Shown piece after piece: positions 52,239 through 61,056 of a stretch of 64,000 nt of DNA; position 1 is the stretch's first letter; each line of letters begins with the position of its first letter. The DNA comes from a candidate division WOR-3 bacterium (GTDB lineage: Bacteria; Hydrothermota; Tepidihabitantia; Tepidihabitantales; JBDRVQ01): contig JBDRVQ010000002.1 in NCBI GenBank assembly GCA_039801905.1, positions 3,147 through 67,146 of the forward strand. Direction: 5' to 3'. The position numbers and the translations under genes are program-made. Below the pieces are notes generated by a model. The model was not told the origin of the DNA. It made no database searches and was given only the letters and a program-made list of their open reading frames with translations.

Positions 52239-52461
52239 CTTTTATCTTCTGAGCGAGAAAATCTTTTAGTATCTCTTCGGCTTCGGGAAAATCCTCTTCC
52301 GCCACTTGAATTTCCCCCCATTCCGGTCGCATCACCATCGCCAAACCATCATACCAAGGGATTTGGTAGGACTTAACAAAAACTTTAATTCCCTTACTTT
52401 CTAAAAGATGCTGTAAAAAGATGGCTTCATTTTCATCCTTTGGTTTGTATAAAACCTTCAT
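52228..52461 (-). CDS. DUF2007-like small protein
   Basis: MKVLYKPKDENEAIFLQHLLESKGIKVFVKSYQ..EIQVAEEDFPEAEEILKDF resembles the DUF2007 pattern. Confidence 0.5.
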   Translation of the reverse strand: MKVLYKPKDENEAIFLQHLLESKGIKVFVKSYQIPWYDGLAMVMRPEWGEIQVAEEDFPEAEEILKDFLAQKIKDGE

Positions 52462-53477
52462 CTATTCTGCTTTATTACCTCCTCGGCGATGAGAACCGCA
52501 TTGGTCGCGGCTCCCCGTCTCAGATTATCCGCCACCACCCAAAGATGGAGCCCTTTTGGGTTATCCTCATCAACCCTGATCCGACCGATATGAACCAAAT
52601 CCTTTCCCCGAACATCCGCGGGTGTGGGATAGCCATCCCGGTGGAGAAAGAGATATTCCTCTTTTTCTAAACAGGGATAAATATCTTCCATCTTCACCTC
52701 TTCTTGAAATTCACAATAAAGGGAGATTGAATGCCCAACCGTGATTGGCACCCGAACACAGGTGGCAGAAATTTTTAATTCGGGAAGTCCAAGAATCTTT
52801 CTCGTCTCCTCCCGAACCTTTCTCTCCTCCCGACTCATTCCCTTCTCATCAAAATTTCCAATCTGAGGGATGAGATTGTCCCCAATTACACAAGGGAAAG
52901 GCGAATCCTCTGCCTTTTCTATCTTCTGGCGCATCACTAAAAATTCGGTCTCATAAAAAAATTCCGCTAAGGCATCTCGTCCTGCCCCGGAGACTGACTG
53001 GTAAGAGGAAAGAATAACTCTTTCTAAATGGTAAATTTTAGTGAGGGGGAAAAGGGCTAAGACCAATTGGATAGTTGTGCAATTGGGATTGGCGATAAGA
53101 TTCTTATGCTCTTTAATCCTTTCTGAATTAATCTCGGGAACAATTAAAGGCACATCCGGTGCCAAACGGAACGCTGGGGAGTTATCAATAACGATTGCCT
53201 TCTCCTTTAACTTGGGAACCAATTCCAACGCCTTATCTTCCTCGCCGCAAAAAAAGACAAGACCGTTTTCTGCCAAATCTAATGCCTTATCCATCCCCTG
53301 AATCTCATATCCTTTATTTTGAAAAAAAATCCTCTCCCCTTCCCTTTTTTCACTGGCAAAGAAAAAGAACTCAGGATTTTTCCCAAAGGAAGGAAAATTC
53401 CTCTCCTCCATCACCTGTAAAAGAGTTTGACCGACAAGTCCAGTTGCTCCCAAGACCAAAATTTTCTCTGCCATCAA
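52458..53477 (-). CDS. asd: Aspartate-semialdehyde dehydrogenase
   Basis: ILVLGATGLVGQ.. Rossmann N-terminus and ..YQSVSGAGRDA.. around the active-site region. Confidence 0.9.
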   Translation of the reverse strand: MMAEKILVLGATGLVGQTLLQVMEERNFPSFGKNPEFFFFASEKREGERIFFQNKGYEIQGMDKALDLAENGLVFFCGEEDKALELVPKLKEKAIVIDNSPAFRLAPDVPLIVPEINSERIKEHKNLIANPNCTTIQLVLALFPLTKIYHLERVILSSYQSVSGAGRDALAEFFYETEFLVMRQKIEKAEDSPFPCVIGDNLIPQIGNFDEKGMSREERKVREETRKILGLPELKISATCVRVPITVGHSISLYCEFQEEVKMEDIYPCLEKEEYLFLHRDGYPTPADVRGKDLVHIGRIRVDEDNPKGLHLWVVADNLRRGAATNAVLIAEEVIKQNR

Positions 53478-53588
53478 AAGATTATAAGGGAAAATTAAAA
53501 TTTTTCAACTTAGTGATAAGATTTAACCAGAACTCACCGCGAATAGTTGCCTTGACAAACGAATATTTTTTTTCATATAATTTTAATT

Positions 53589-55928
53589 ATGGAAAATAGG
53601 GAGGTAGCAATGCTTAAATCTCTCTCTATATTTTTCTTATTTTTTCTTGCCTTCGGGGCAAAAGATATTAGTCTTCCGAGCGAACAACCAATAAATCTCC
53701 AAACGCCTGAGACCGACCAAATATCTATTCCCCTTCTCTTAAACTATCAAGGTAAAATTACCGATAATATAGGTAATCCCGTTCGGGACTCTTCCTATTC
53801 CGTAACCTTTCGCTTATTTAATGTCCCTTCGGGGGGAACTGCTTTCTGGAATGAAACCCAGACCATTCAGACCCGAGCCGGTCTCTTCCATACCCTTTTA
53901 GGTAGTGTCACGCCAATCCCTTCTTTACCCCTTGATGGCAACTTATATTTAGAGATGCAGGTCAATCCCAATCCGGCAATGACGCCAAGAGTTAGAATTG
54001 TGAGTTCCGCCTATTCTTATATCGCAAGAAAGTCGGATAGCACAAATTACTTAAATCAGATGGGTGCTTCTACGGGACAGGTCTTAAAATGGAACGGAAC
54101 AACCTGGGCGCCGGGAAACGATGAAGTTGGTGGTGATAATGCTTGGGTGAGAGGAACACCGGATTCGGTCCTTTACACAATAAGGCGATTGGGTATTGCC
54201 CGTGGCGGTTCTAATAATATGCTTTACGGTTCTTATCGGTATACCCATACTAACTTAGGGGTTAGTTGCACTACCGGAACATCAGGGCAGAATTATTATT
54301 ATTGCACGGTTGGCGGTGGGATAAGTAATAAGGCGAGCGGCAATTGGGCAACAGTTAGCGGTGGTGGTTATAATACAGCGAGTATGGCTCAATCAACGGT
54401 TGGGGGCGGTTATTTTAATACGGCAAGTGGTGATTATGCCGTGATTGGTGGTGGAGTGAGTAACCGAGCGAGTGGCTATTCTTCCAGCATTACAGGTGGT
54501 TATAATAATACCGCAACCGCCGACTACGCCACAGTGGCTGGTGGTTATTGCGACTCAGCAAAAGGTAAATATGCAGGTGCCCTTTCTGGCTATCACAATG
54601 TAGCAGGAAGTGCGCTTGGTGATAGTGGAGCGGTGGTCGCGGGTGGTTATAATAACAACGCGAGGAGCATCTATACATTTATTGGCGGCGGTAGAAATAA
54701 CGCCACACTCAATAGTGGAGCGACAGTGAGCGGGGGCATAGGTAATGTCGCAAGCGGTAATCTCGCTACAATTGGTGGTGGCCAAGAAAATTTCGCCAGT
54801 AACTATTACACAACGGTAAGCGGCGGCTTCGGTGATACCGCCACCGGGTATTTAGCAACAATTGCTGGCGGAAGAGGGAATATTGCGAGTGGCAATTACT
54901 CAACGGTTAGCGGTGGTGTTTGGAATCGGGCATTTGGTAATTACGCGACGGTTTCCGGTGGTGACCGGAATATAGCAAACGGTAACTACGTCACAATTGG
55001 CGGTGGCGGCGGAAATAGAGCCAGCGTCAATTATTCGACAGTGGGCGGCGGGTATGAGAACTTTGCCGATAGTTCCTATGCGACAATTGGGGGTGGAAAT
55101 CAAAATCTCGCGCCTCGGGTTTATGCCACAATTGGTGGCGGAAGTGAGAATTTTGCCAATGGTCCTTATGCGACGATTGGTGGCGGATGGAAAAATTGGG
55201 CAACTGGCGACCTTGCTACAATTGGCGGTGGCTACGGAAATATGGCGAGTATTGATTACGCAACAGTTGCTGGTGGATATTGTGATACTTCCGCCGGTCC
55301 ATCAAGTTTCACAACCAATTCCCACTCCGTAGTCTATTTTATTTATGGCAACTCCGCTGCCTTTAATGGCCAGGCCGCAACCGCCTCCAATCAACTTCGC
55401 TGCGGCACACTTTCCAAAGCCGGTGGAAGTTTTACCATTGACCATCCCCTTGATCCATATAATAAAATCCTGAACCACTACTTCATTGAAGGACCGGAGA
55501 TGCTCAATATCTATCGGGGCAGTGTTGTCCTTGATGCCTCAGGCAGAGCGGAGGTGAGACTGCCTGATTACTTCTCCGCCCTGAACCGAAATCCACACAT
55601 CCAGTTGACCGGTGTTGGCTCTTCTGATGTCTATGTTGCCGAAGATATTAAAGGCAACGTCTTTGTCATTGGCGGTAAGCCGAGAACAAAAGTCTACTGG
55701 CTTGTAACCGGTGAACGGCAGGATATCTCAGCCGAGGCAATAAGAAGGTTAATGCCCGTTGAACAACCAAAGATTGGTGAACTTAAAGGAAGGATGCTTG
55801 ATGACGACTTCCTTGTTGGCTGTATGGAGCAGTTGGAGCGAGAAGGAAAGGCAAGTGGCATTGATTTCCGAACCGCAGCAGGGAGAAACAGGTATCAAGA
55901 TACGAAAAGGAGGATGAAAGGTGAATAA
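53589..55928 (+). CDS. Secreted protein with ~20 tandem ~20-aa Gly-rich beta-roll repeats (YadA-head/tail-fibre-like, consensus N-Y-ATIGGG--N-A-G) and a C-terminal 'IDHPLDP' tail-fibre-like domain
   Basis: Signal peptide MLKSLSIFFLFFLAFG; repeat region aa ~230-560; C-terminus ..GGSFTIDHPLDPYNKILNHYFIEGPEMLNIYRG... I could not run a family search. Confidence 0.5.
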   Translation: MENREVAMLKSLSIFFLFFLAFGAKDISLPSEQPINLQTPETDQISIPLLLNYQGKITDNIGNPVRDSSYSVTFRLFNVPSGGTAFWNETQTIQTRAGLFHTLLGSVTPIPSLPLDGNLYLEMQVNPNPAMTPRVRIVSSAYSYIARKSDSTNYLNQMGASTGQVLKWNGTTWAPGNDEVGGDNAWVRGTPDSVLYTIRRLGIARGGSNNMLYGSYRYTHTNLGVSCTTGTSGQNYYYCTVGGGISNKASGNWATVSGGGYNTASMAQSTVGGGYFNTASGDYAVIGGGVSNRASGYSSSITGGYNNTATADYATVAGGYCDSAKGKYAGALSGYHNVAGSALGDSGAVVAGGYNNNARSIYTFIGGGRNNATLNSGATVSGGIGNVASGNLATIGGGQENFASNYYTTVSGGFGDTATGYLATIAGGRGNIASGNYSTVSGGVWNRAFGNYATVSGGDRNIANGNYVTIGGGGGNRASVNYSTVGGGYENFADSSYATIGGGNQNLAPRVYATIGGGSENFANGPYATIGGGWKNWATGDLATIGGGYGNMASIDYATVAGGYCDTSAGPSSFTTNSHSVVYFIYGNSAAFNGQAATASNQLRCGTLSKAGGSFTIDHPLDPYNKILNHYFIEGPEMLNIYRGSVVLDASGRAEVRLPDYFSALNRNPHIQLTGVGSSDVYVAEDIKGNVFVIGGKPRTKVYWLVTGERQDISAEAIRRLMPVEQPKIGELKGRMLDDDFLVGCMEQLEREGKASGIDFRTAAGRNRYQDTKRRMKGE

Positions 55929-56430
55929 GTTAGCCCTTATTTTAAGCCTTTTCTTTCTTCTCACCTATGCCCAATACGAATGCGATTGGAACTTGGTAAG
56001 TTCTGGTGGAACAAGTATGAGCGTCGGAAATCTCTCTGCCCAGGTCTCAGTTTCCCAAACCGCAGTTGGTATTATCCAGAATGCTATCCAGGTGGCCCAG
56101 ATTGGTTTCTGGGTGATTGATACCGCCCTTGTTGGAATTAAGGAAATCTCTTCTCAAAAACTTCCCTTAAAGACGGAACTCTTCCCGATAAGACCAAACC
56201 CATTCTCTAAAAATACCCTAATCTCTTATTCCCTATCAGAAGAAACGAATGTCTCAATTATTATTTACAATACCTGTGGAGAACTGATAAGAAATCTCTC
56301 CTTTCCCAGGGTGAAACCAGGAATATATTCCTTTACCTTCTCCGGAGAGAAACTGGGAAGGGGAGTCTACTTCTTAAACTTCTCAGCAGGAAGATATAAG
56401 GCAGTAAGGAAGATTATCCTTATGAGATAG
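55921..56430 (+). CDS. Small secreted protein with T9SS C-terminal sorting domain, translationally coupled to the repeat protein
   Basis: Signal peptide; C-terminal ..IRPNPFSKNTLISYSL..GVYFLNFSAGRYKAVRKIILMR. Overlaps the upstream stop by 8 nt. Confidence 0.55.
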   Translation: MNKLALILSLFFLLTYAQYECDWNLVSSGGTSMSVGNLSAQVSVSQTAVGIIQNAIQVAQIGFWVIDTALVGIKEISSQKLPLKTELFPIRPNPFSKNTLISYSLSEETNVSIIIYNTCGELIRNLSFPRVKPGIYSFTFSGEKLGRGVYFLNFSAGRYKAVRKIILMR

Positions 56431-56431
56431 G

Positions 56432-56460
56432 TTGACAAATTATAAGTATTAGTTTATAAT
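56432..56460 (+). promoter_or_regulatory. Consensus sigma70 promoter TTGACA-17-TATAAT, 42 bp upstream of repeat-element core copy 4
   Basis: gTTGACAaattataagtattagttTATAATt. Confidence 0.6.
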
Positions 56461-56502
56461 TAGAGTAAACTAAAAAGCGGATAAGGATTGGTTTCCAAAA
56501 GA

Positions 56503-56790
56503 AGGGAGAGTTTATTTTTATAAAAAGGGGTGTAGCATACAGGGGATGGCATCCGGGGTCTAAATAGGGGTTTAATAAGAAGGATAATAGAAAGTCTAAT
56601 TAAGGGGATAATAGAGACTCTAATAGAAGATATAATATAATGGTTAATAGAGGTGGTAATTGGGTGGTTAATTGGGAGTCTAACCTAAGGTCTAATGATA
56701 ACCCTAATTGGAACAATAACCGAAGGTCTAATTGCGAGACTAATTGAGAAAATAACTGAGGGCTTAATAAAGTTAATCTCCGGATTGACT
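56503..56790 (+). repeat. Composite intergenic element, copy 4: core 56503-56553, TAAT array ~56554-56784, ending at TTGACT (56785-56790) of a TTGACT-16-TAGAAT proximal promoter
   Basis: Core GAAGGGAGAGTTTATTTTTATAAAAAGGGGTGTAGCATACAGGGGATGGCATC. The array has GKYYTAAT units. Confidence 0.85.
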
Positions 56791-56838
56791 TTTTTTAATA
56801 GTTTGATAGAATAAAGGTTAAGAAAAAGAGGAGTTATT

Positions 56839-57030
56839 ATGCCAGTACCAAAGAGAAGACATTCAAAGACACGTGGGCGAAAACGCCGAACCCACTGGAA
56901 ATTAGACCCACCAAACTTAACCAGTTGCCCCCACTGCCATGAACCGAAACTTCCTCATCATATCTGCCCCCATTGTGGTTGGTATGCGGGAAGGGAGGTT
57001 ATGGTCGCAAAGAAAAAAGAAGAGAAGTGA
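56839..57030 (+). CDS. rpmF: 50S ribosomal protein L32
   Basis: [42 protein letters not shown]; SD AAGAGGAG 7 nt upstream. Confidence 0.9.
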   Translation: MPVPKRRHSKTRGRKRRTHWKLDPPNLTSCPHCHEPKLPHHICPHCGWYAGREVMVAKKKEEK

Positions 57031-57052
57031 AATCTAATAAATCGTTATCCCG

Positions 57053-58081
57053 ATGAATCAGGAAGGGGTTGATAAGAAAGTGAAGGTCGCCTTAGATGCG
57101 ATGGGGAGTGACCTTGCCCCAGAACCAGAATTGGCTGGAACACTTCTCGCCTTAGAGGAAGATAAGGATTTAGAAGTAATTTTGGTGGGAAGAGAAGAGA
57201 TCTTAAAAAGATTTCTCCAGAATTATCCAAAAATTAAAATCTATCCCGCGCAAGAAAGAATTATGATGGATGATTCCCCAACCGAGGTCCTCCGGAAAAA
57301 ACCGGATTCCTCTTTAGCCAAAGCAGTTTATCTCTTAAAAACAAAAGCGGTGGATGCCATAGTTAGTGCCGGAAATACTGGTGCTTTAATCGCCTATTCT
57401 TTAACCGTCCTCGGTCGGATCCCAGGAGTTCTAAGACCAGCAGTTGCCATATTAATCCCTCAGGTGAGTGGTTATTCCTTATTGACCGATGTTGGTGCCC
57501 ATCCTGATCCAAAACCAATTCATCTCTACCAATTCGCGAAAATGGCTTCCCTCGTCGCCGCTTATCTCTTCCATAAGCCCAATCCCCGGGTTGGTTTATT
57601 AAATGTCGGCCGGGAAGAGAATAAAGGAAGCGAGTTAATCCAAAATACCTACCAACTGTTAAAAGAATCGGAATTAAACTTCATTGGTAATATTGAAGGT
57701 TGTGATGTTTTTAAGGGACTGGCGGATGTCATCGTCTGCGACGGGTTTGTTGGCAATATCATCCTCAAATTTGGCGAAGGGCTTTTGGAGATTTTAACCA
57801 AGGGGATAAAAGATTATCTCTCTTCGGAGACAAAATACCGGATGCGCCGCTGGCTGGCAAAACCGGTCCTCCAAGAGTTTGTCTCCCGGCTTGATTATGA
57901 AGAACAAGGAGGCGGTTTATTATTGGGGGTTAACGGCGTGGTAGTCATCTCCCATGGTCGCTCCGGACCAAAGGCGATTAAAAACGCCCTCCATACCGCT
58001 TCCCTATTCTATCGCGAGAAGGTGATTGAAAATTTGAGAAACTCCTTCGCCCAAGAGAAATCTTTAACCACCGAAGAATGA
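57053..58081 (+). CDS. plsX: Phosphate acyltransferase PlsX
   Basis: KVALDAMGSDLAPE..VSAGNTGALIA..VGNIILKFGEG. Confidence 0.9.
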   Translation: MNQEGVDKKVKVALDAMGSDLAPEPELAGTLLALEEDKDLEVILVGREEILKRFLQNYPKIKIYPAQERIMMDDSPTEVLRKKPDSSLAKAVYLLKTKAVDAIVSAGNTGALIAYSLTVLGRIPGVLRPAVAILIPQVSGYSLLTDVGAHPDPKPIHLYQFAKMASLVAAYLFHKPNPRVGLLNVGREENKGSELIQNTYQLLKESELNFIGNIEGCDVFKGLADVIVCDGFVGNIILKFGEGLLEILTKGIKDYLSSETKYRMRRWLAKPVLQEFVSRLDYEEQGGGLLLGVNGVVVISHGRSGPKAIKNALHTASLFYREKVIENLRNSFAQEKSLTTEE

Positions 58082-59151
58082 GAAGACTAATCCTCTTTTC
58101 TACTCTTTTCTTCCTATTTTGTCAAAAATCACCCGTGGGCTTTGAGGAGATGGCAAGAGGAAACCTTTCCCACTTCCAAGAAACCCTTAACCCACGCGAT
58201 TCCTTATCTTTTGGTATCTTTTATCCTTGTGGCAATGCCTCCTTTCTCTTTCTGGGGAAAAATGCTAAATATGAGAGTCGGGTTCTCTTCTCTTTTCCCA
58301 TAAACGACTCCGCTCGGGAGAATATCACAAAAATTTCCCTTTGGCTTTATACCCAGGATACCACCCCCTACCAATTTCGGATTTATCCCTTAACTACCCA
58401 GTGGTCGGCGAATGCCACCTGGCGGATGGCGGCTCCGGATATTCAATGGATTCATCCGGGTGGTGATTTTCTCAACCTGCCAATCGCCGAAGGAAGAGTA
58501 GTAAAGGATTCATTTTCCTTAGAGGTCCCCTTAAACCTCTTAGATACCATCCTTTCCACCACTGGTTTCATCCTCATCCCGGAAGAGAACCGAGATTTCA
58601 ATTTTGCCTCATTTAAGAAAACTGCAAAGTTAATTTTTACCTACGGTGATAAAAACCGAACCTTCCTCTCTTCTTTTGCCACTTACATTACTAATTTCTT
58701 AGACACCATTCCTGATTCCTTTATCATTGGCTCCGGCTATGTCTTTCGCACCTACCTCTCTTACCCCTTCTCCTTAGGAAAAGAGAATAAAATTGCCGAA
58801 GGAGAAATCTCCCTTCTCTTAGACCCCGCCTCTTCTTATTTTATCCGCGACACCTTAGAGATTGCTATTTTCCAACTGAAAGAGAACTTTTGGTCCAGAA
58901 GGGAGAAGACGGAGTATTACGAAATCCCAATTGCCCGAAAGACAGTTATCCTGCCCAATGATACCCTCATCCGGATTCCGATAAAAACCCTTTTGGAAAA
59001 CTGGCAAAAGGAACCCGAGAAAAACTTTGGTCTCTATCTCAGCCTCTATCCCCAATACCAATTCCCCTCTTATCTGACAATAAAAAGGGATACCCTCTCT
59101 TTCCGAATTAACTTCACCTATATCCCACCGGTTAAGGACCGGTTCCCATGA
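58078..59151 (+). CDS. Hypothetical secreted protein/lipoprotein; possibly a DNRLRE-like carbohydrate-binding-type domain (uncertain)
   Basis: N-terminal signal with Cys (..LFFLFCQKS). The ..ISLWLYTQDTTPYQFRIYPLTTQWSANATW segment fits an 'L.L.V...Y.V..W.E..VTW' type motif. ATGA overlap with plsX. Confidence 0.35.
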   Translation: MRRLILFSTLFFLFCQKSPVGFEEMARGNLSHFQETLNPRDSLSFGIFYPCGNASFLFLGKNAKYESRVLFSFPINDSARENITKISLWLYTQDTTPYQFRIYPLTTQWSANATWRMAAPDIQWIHPGGDFLNLPIAEGRVVKDSFSLEVPLNLLDTILSTTGFILIPEENRDFNFASFKKTAKLIFTYGDKNRTFLSSFATYITNFLDTIPDSFIIGSGYVFRTYLSYPFSLGKENKIAEGEISLLLDPASSYFIRDTLEIAIFQLKENFWSRREKTEYYEIPIARKTVILPNDTLIRIPIKTLLENWQKEPEKNFGLYLSLYPQYQFPSYLTIKRDTLSFRINFTYIPPVKDRFP

Positions 59152-60260
59152 AGAGAAAATTGCTATTCACTATTCTCCTTTTTGGGAATTGGCTCTTTGG
59201 CCAATCCTTCTTTTCTTCTCGGGGTTTGGGAGAGGAAATCCTCTCTTATGATGCCTACCAATCTTCTATTGGTAAAAGTTATATCTTCTCTTATGAAAAT
59301 CCTTCCTTTCCCCTTAAATTTAATAGCACAGTTACCATCGGTAATATCACCCAGCAGGTCTTTTTTGCCCAAGAAAAAGAAGATAAAAGATTTCTTTATC
59401 ACTTCCAAATTGATTATGTCAAAATCTCCATCCCAACCTTTTACCAGACCAATCTTGGTTTGGGGCTGAGAAGACGCTTCTCTCAAGATTTTGACATCTA
59501 TTCTGAAACTGCTGGTGGTTACTATTGGCATATTATTGGTAAAGGAGGAATAAATTCAGTATCTCTCTCCTTAGGAAAGAGATACAAAGATTTTTTCTCT
59601 CTTGGCTTTTCCTATCAATATCTCTTTGGAGGTAGTGAAGAGGAATGGTCTTTTGAGACCAAAGAGATTTCTCTCACCCAAGAGACCATCTTTGGTCAAT
59701 ATCAAGGCTTCTCTTACCAATTCTCCCTTTTAGGTAGAATTGGTCCTCTCCAATTGGGTAGCGCACTGGAAATCTTTTCGCCAATTAAGTATCTTGGCTA
59801 TCTATCCGTTCCCTCAGAAACTACCGAAAAAAAGATTAGCCTGCCCCTAATTTTTAATTTCGGCAGCGCTTACAATTTTAGCGAATACCGTTCCCTCCTC
59901 TTCGGTCTCAACTTTAAGAACTGGAAAAAGATAAAATTAGATGGTGAAGTAGACCCTAATTTTACCAGTGGTTTTCTCTTCTCTTTGGGATTTAGCGATT
60001 ACTGGCAGGAGAAAATTCCTTTCCGCTTCGGATACAGCGAAAACTTCTGGTATCTTTTAACCAAAGCCGGAAAAAGGATTGGCGAAAGTTCCTTAAACTT
60101 TGGCACCTCAATCAAAATTCCCAAGTTTGGTTTCTTTGACCTCAATTTAGAAACCTTTTACCGCCGGGGTGATGCCTTAAAAGAATTTGGGATTAAAATC
60201 CTTTTCAGCCCCCGATACGACGAAACCTGGAAGAAACGAGAACGACGCTGGGGTTATTAA
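59148..60260 (+). CDS. Hypothetical secreted (possibly outer-membrane beta-barrel) protein
   Basis: Signal peptide MKRKLLFTILLFGNWLFGQ. Alternating amphipathic beta-strand-like segments. C-terminal aromatic residue (..RRWGY). ATGA overlap with the upstream gene. Confidence 0.35.
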   Translation: MKRKLLFTILLFGNWLFGQSFFSSRGLGEEILSYDAYQSSIGKSYIFSYENPSFPLKFNSTVTIGNITQQVFFAQEKEDKRFLYHFQIDYVKISIPTFYQTNLGLGLRRRFSQDFDIYSETAGGYYWHIIGKGGINSVSLSLGKRYKDFFSLGFSYQYLFGGSEEEWSFETKEISLTQETIFGQYQGFSYQFSLLGRIGPLQLGSALEIFSPIKYLGYLSVPSETTEKKISLPLIFNFGSAYNFSEYRSLLFGLNFKNWKKIKLDGEVDPNFTSGFLFSLGFSDYWQEKIPFRFGYSENFWYLLTKAGKRIGESSLNFGTSIKIPKFGFFDLNLETFYRRGDALKEFGIKILFSPRYDETWKKRERRWGY

Positions 60261-60794
60261 CTAATATAGCCATTTATTATATTCCGGCAAATGCTTCATA
60301 TCTTCATACAACCAGACCATTCGGTCGCAAAACCATAACTTGCTAAAAAAAGAAACAAAACCTCCAAAAATTGTTGGCCATAATATCAGTTGGTATAAAC
60401 CCCAAATAAAAAATATCATCCCCAATAGGGAAATTAAAGAGAGGATATTCGGTAAAATCTGGTGCTGATTTGGCACCGGTATTCTCTTCCGATTCATCCA
60501 AACCCTTTCGCCCAAGACCGCCTTTCCTGCCCAGTTATTAGTACTTTTTGGTTTTGGAAAAATTCTCGGATTGAGCCACAACCAGAAAAGGACCAAAGTG
60601 ATTGGAAGAACTGACCACCACCCGAGCCAGACCCGACTCCAAAATGCTATTCCTAAGAGTGGTATCCCAGAAAAACGAGAATAGACACTTAAAGGGTTAG
60701 TATGTCTAAACCAGACCTCCTCATCAAACTTAAAAACCTTGCTTATCCTATCCTCTATCGTCATCACATCCAATTTATAATCAGTTTTTCCCAA
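60261..60794 (-). CDS. Hypothetical Trp-rich polytopic membrane protein
   Basis: ORF with several hydrophobic segments (..GIPLLGIAFWSRVWLGWWSVLPITLVLFWLWL..). Convergent with the upstream gene, with no intergenic gap. Confidence 0.35.
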   Translation of the reverse strand: MGKTDYKLDVMTIEDRISKVFKFDEEVWFRHTNPLSVYSRFSGIPLLGIAFWSRVWLGWWSVLPITLVLFWLWLNPRIFPKPKSTNNWAGKAVLGERVWMNRKRIPVPNQHQILPNILSLISLLGMIFFIWGLYQLILWPTIFGGFVSFFSKLWFCDRMVWLYEDMKHLPEYNKWLY

Positions 60795-60999
60795 TTGTCA
60801 AACATAATTAGGAGAAAACTCGGAAAAAGTGTGAATTGTTTAATAAAGACTACCCAACCAATTGAAAAAGGGATATGTTTAGGAATGTCTGAACTTATTT
60901 CCGAAGGTCAATTCGCAGAGAAATCCCTTGTAGTTAAGTCGCCCGCCACCCGCGAAGTGGGGTGGCGAGGTCTCGCCTCGTAGAGGCGAATAAGACTTT

Positions 61000-61037
61000 T
61001 ATCTAAAATAAAAAAGGCGGGAGGATTTCCTCCCGCC
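61000..61037 (-). terminator. Rho-independent terminator for the 61057-64000 gene
   Basis: Minus-strand read: GGCGGGAGG-aaat-CCTCCCGCC followed by TTTTTTATTTT. Confidence 0.7.
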
Positions 61038-61056
61038 TCTCCTCTTACCCTTCGGG

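Noticed and set aside
54490-55332. Several minus- and plus-frame ORFs inside the fibre-like repeat gene
   Set aside because: They are out-of-frame or antisense products of the tandem 60-nt repeats.
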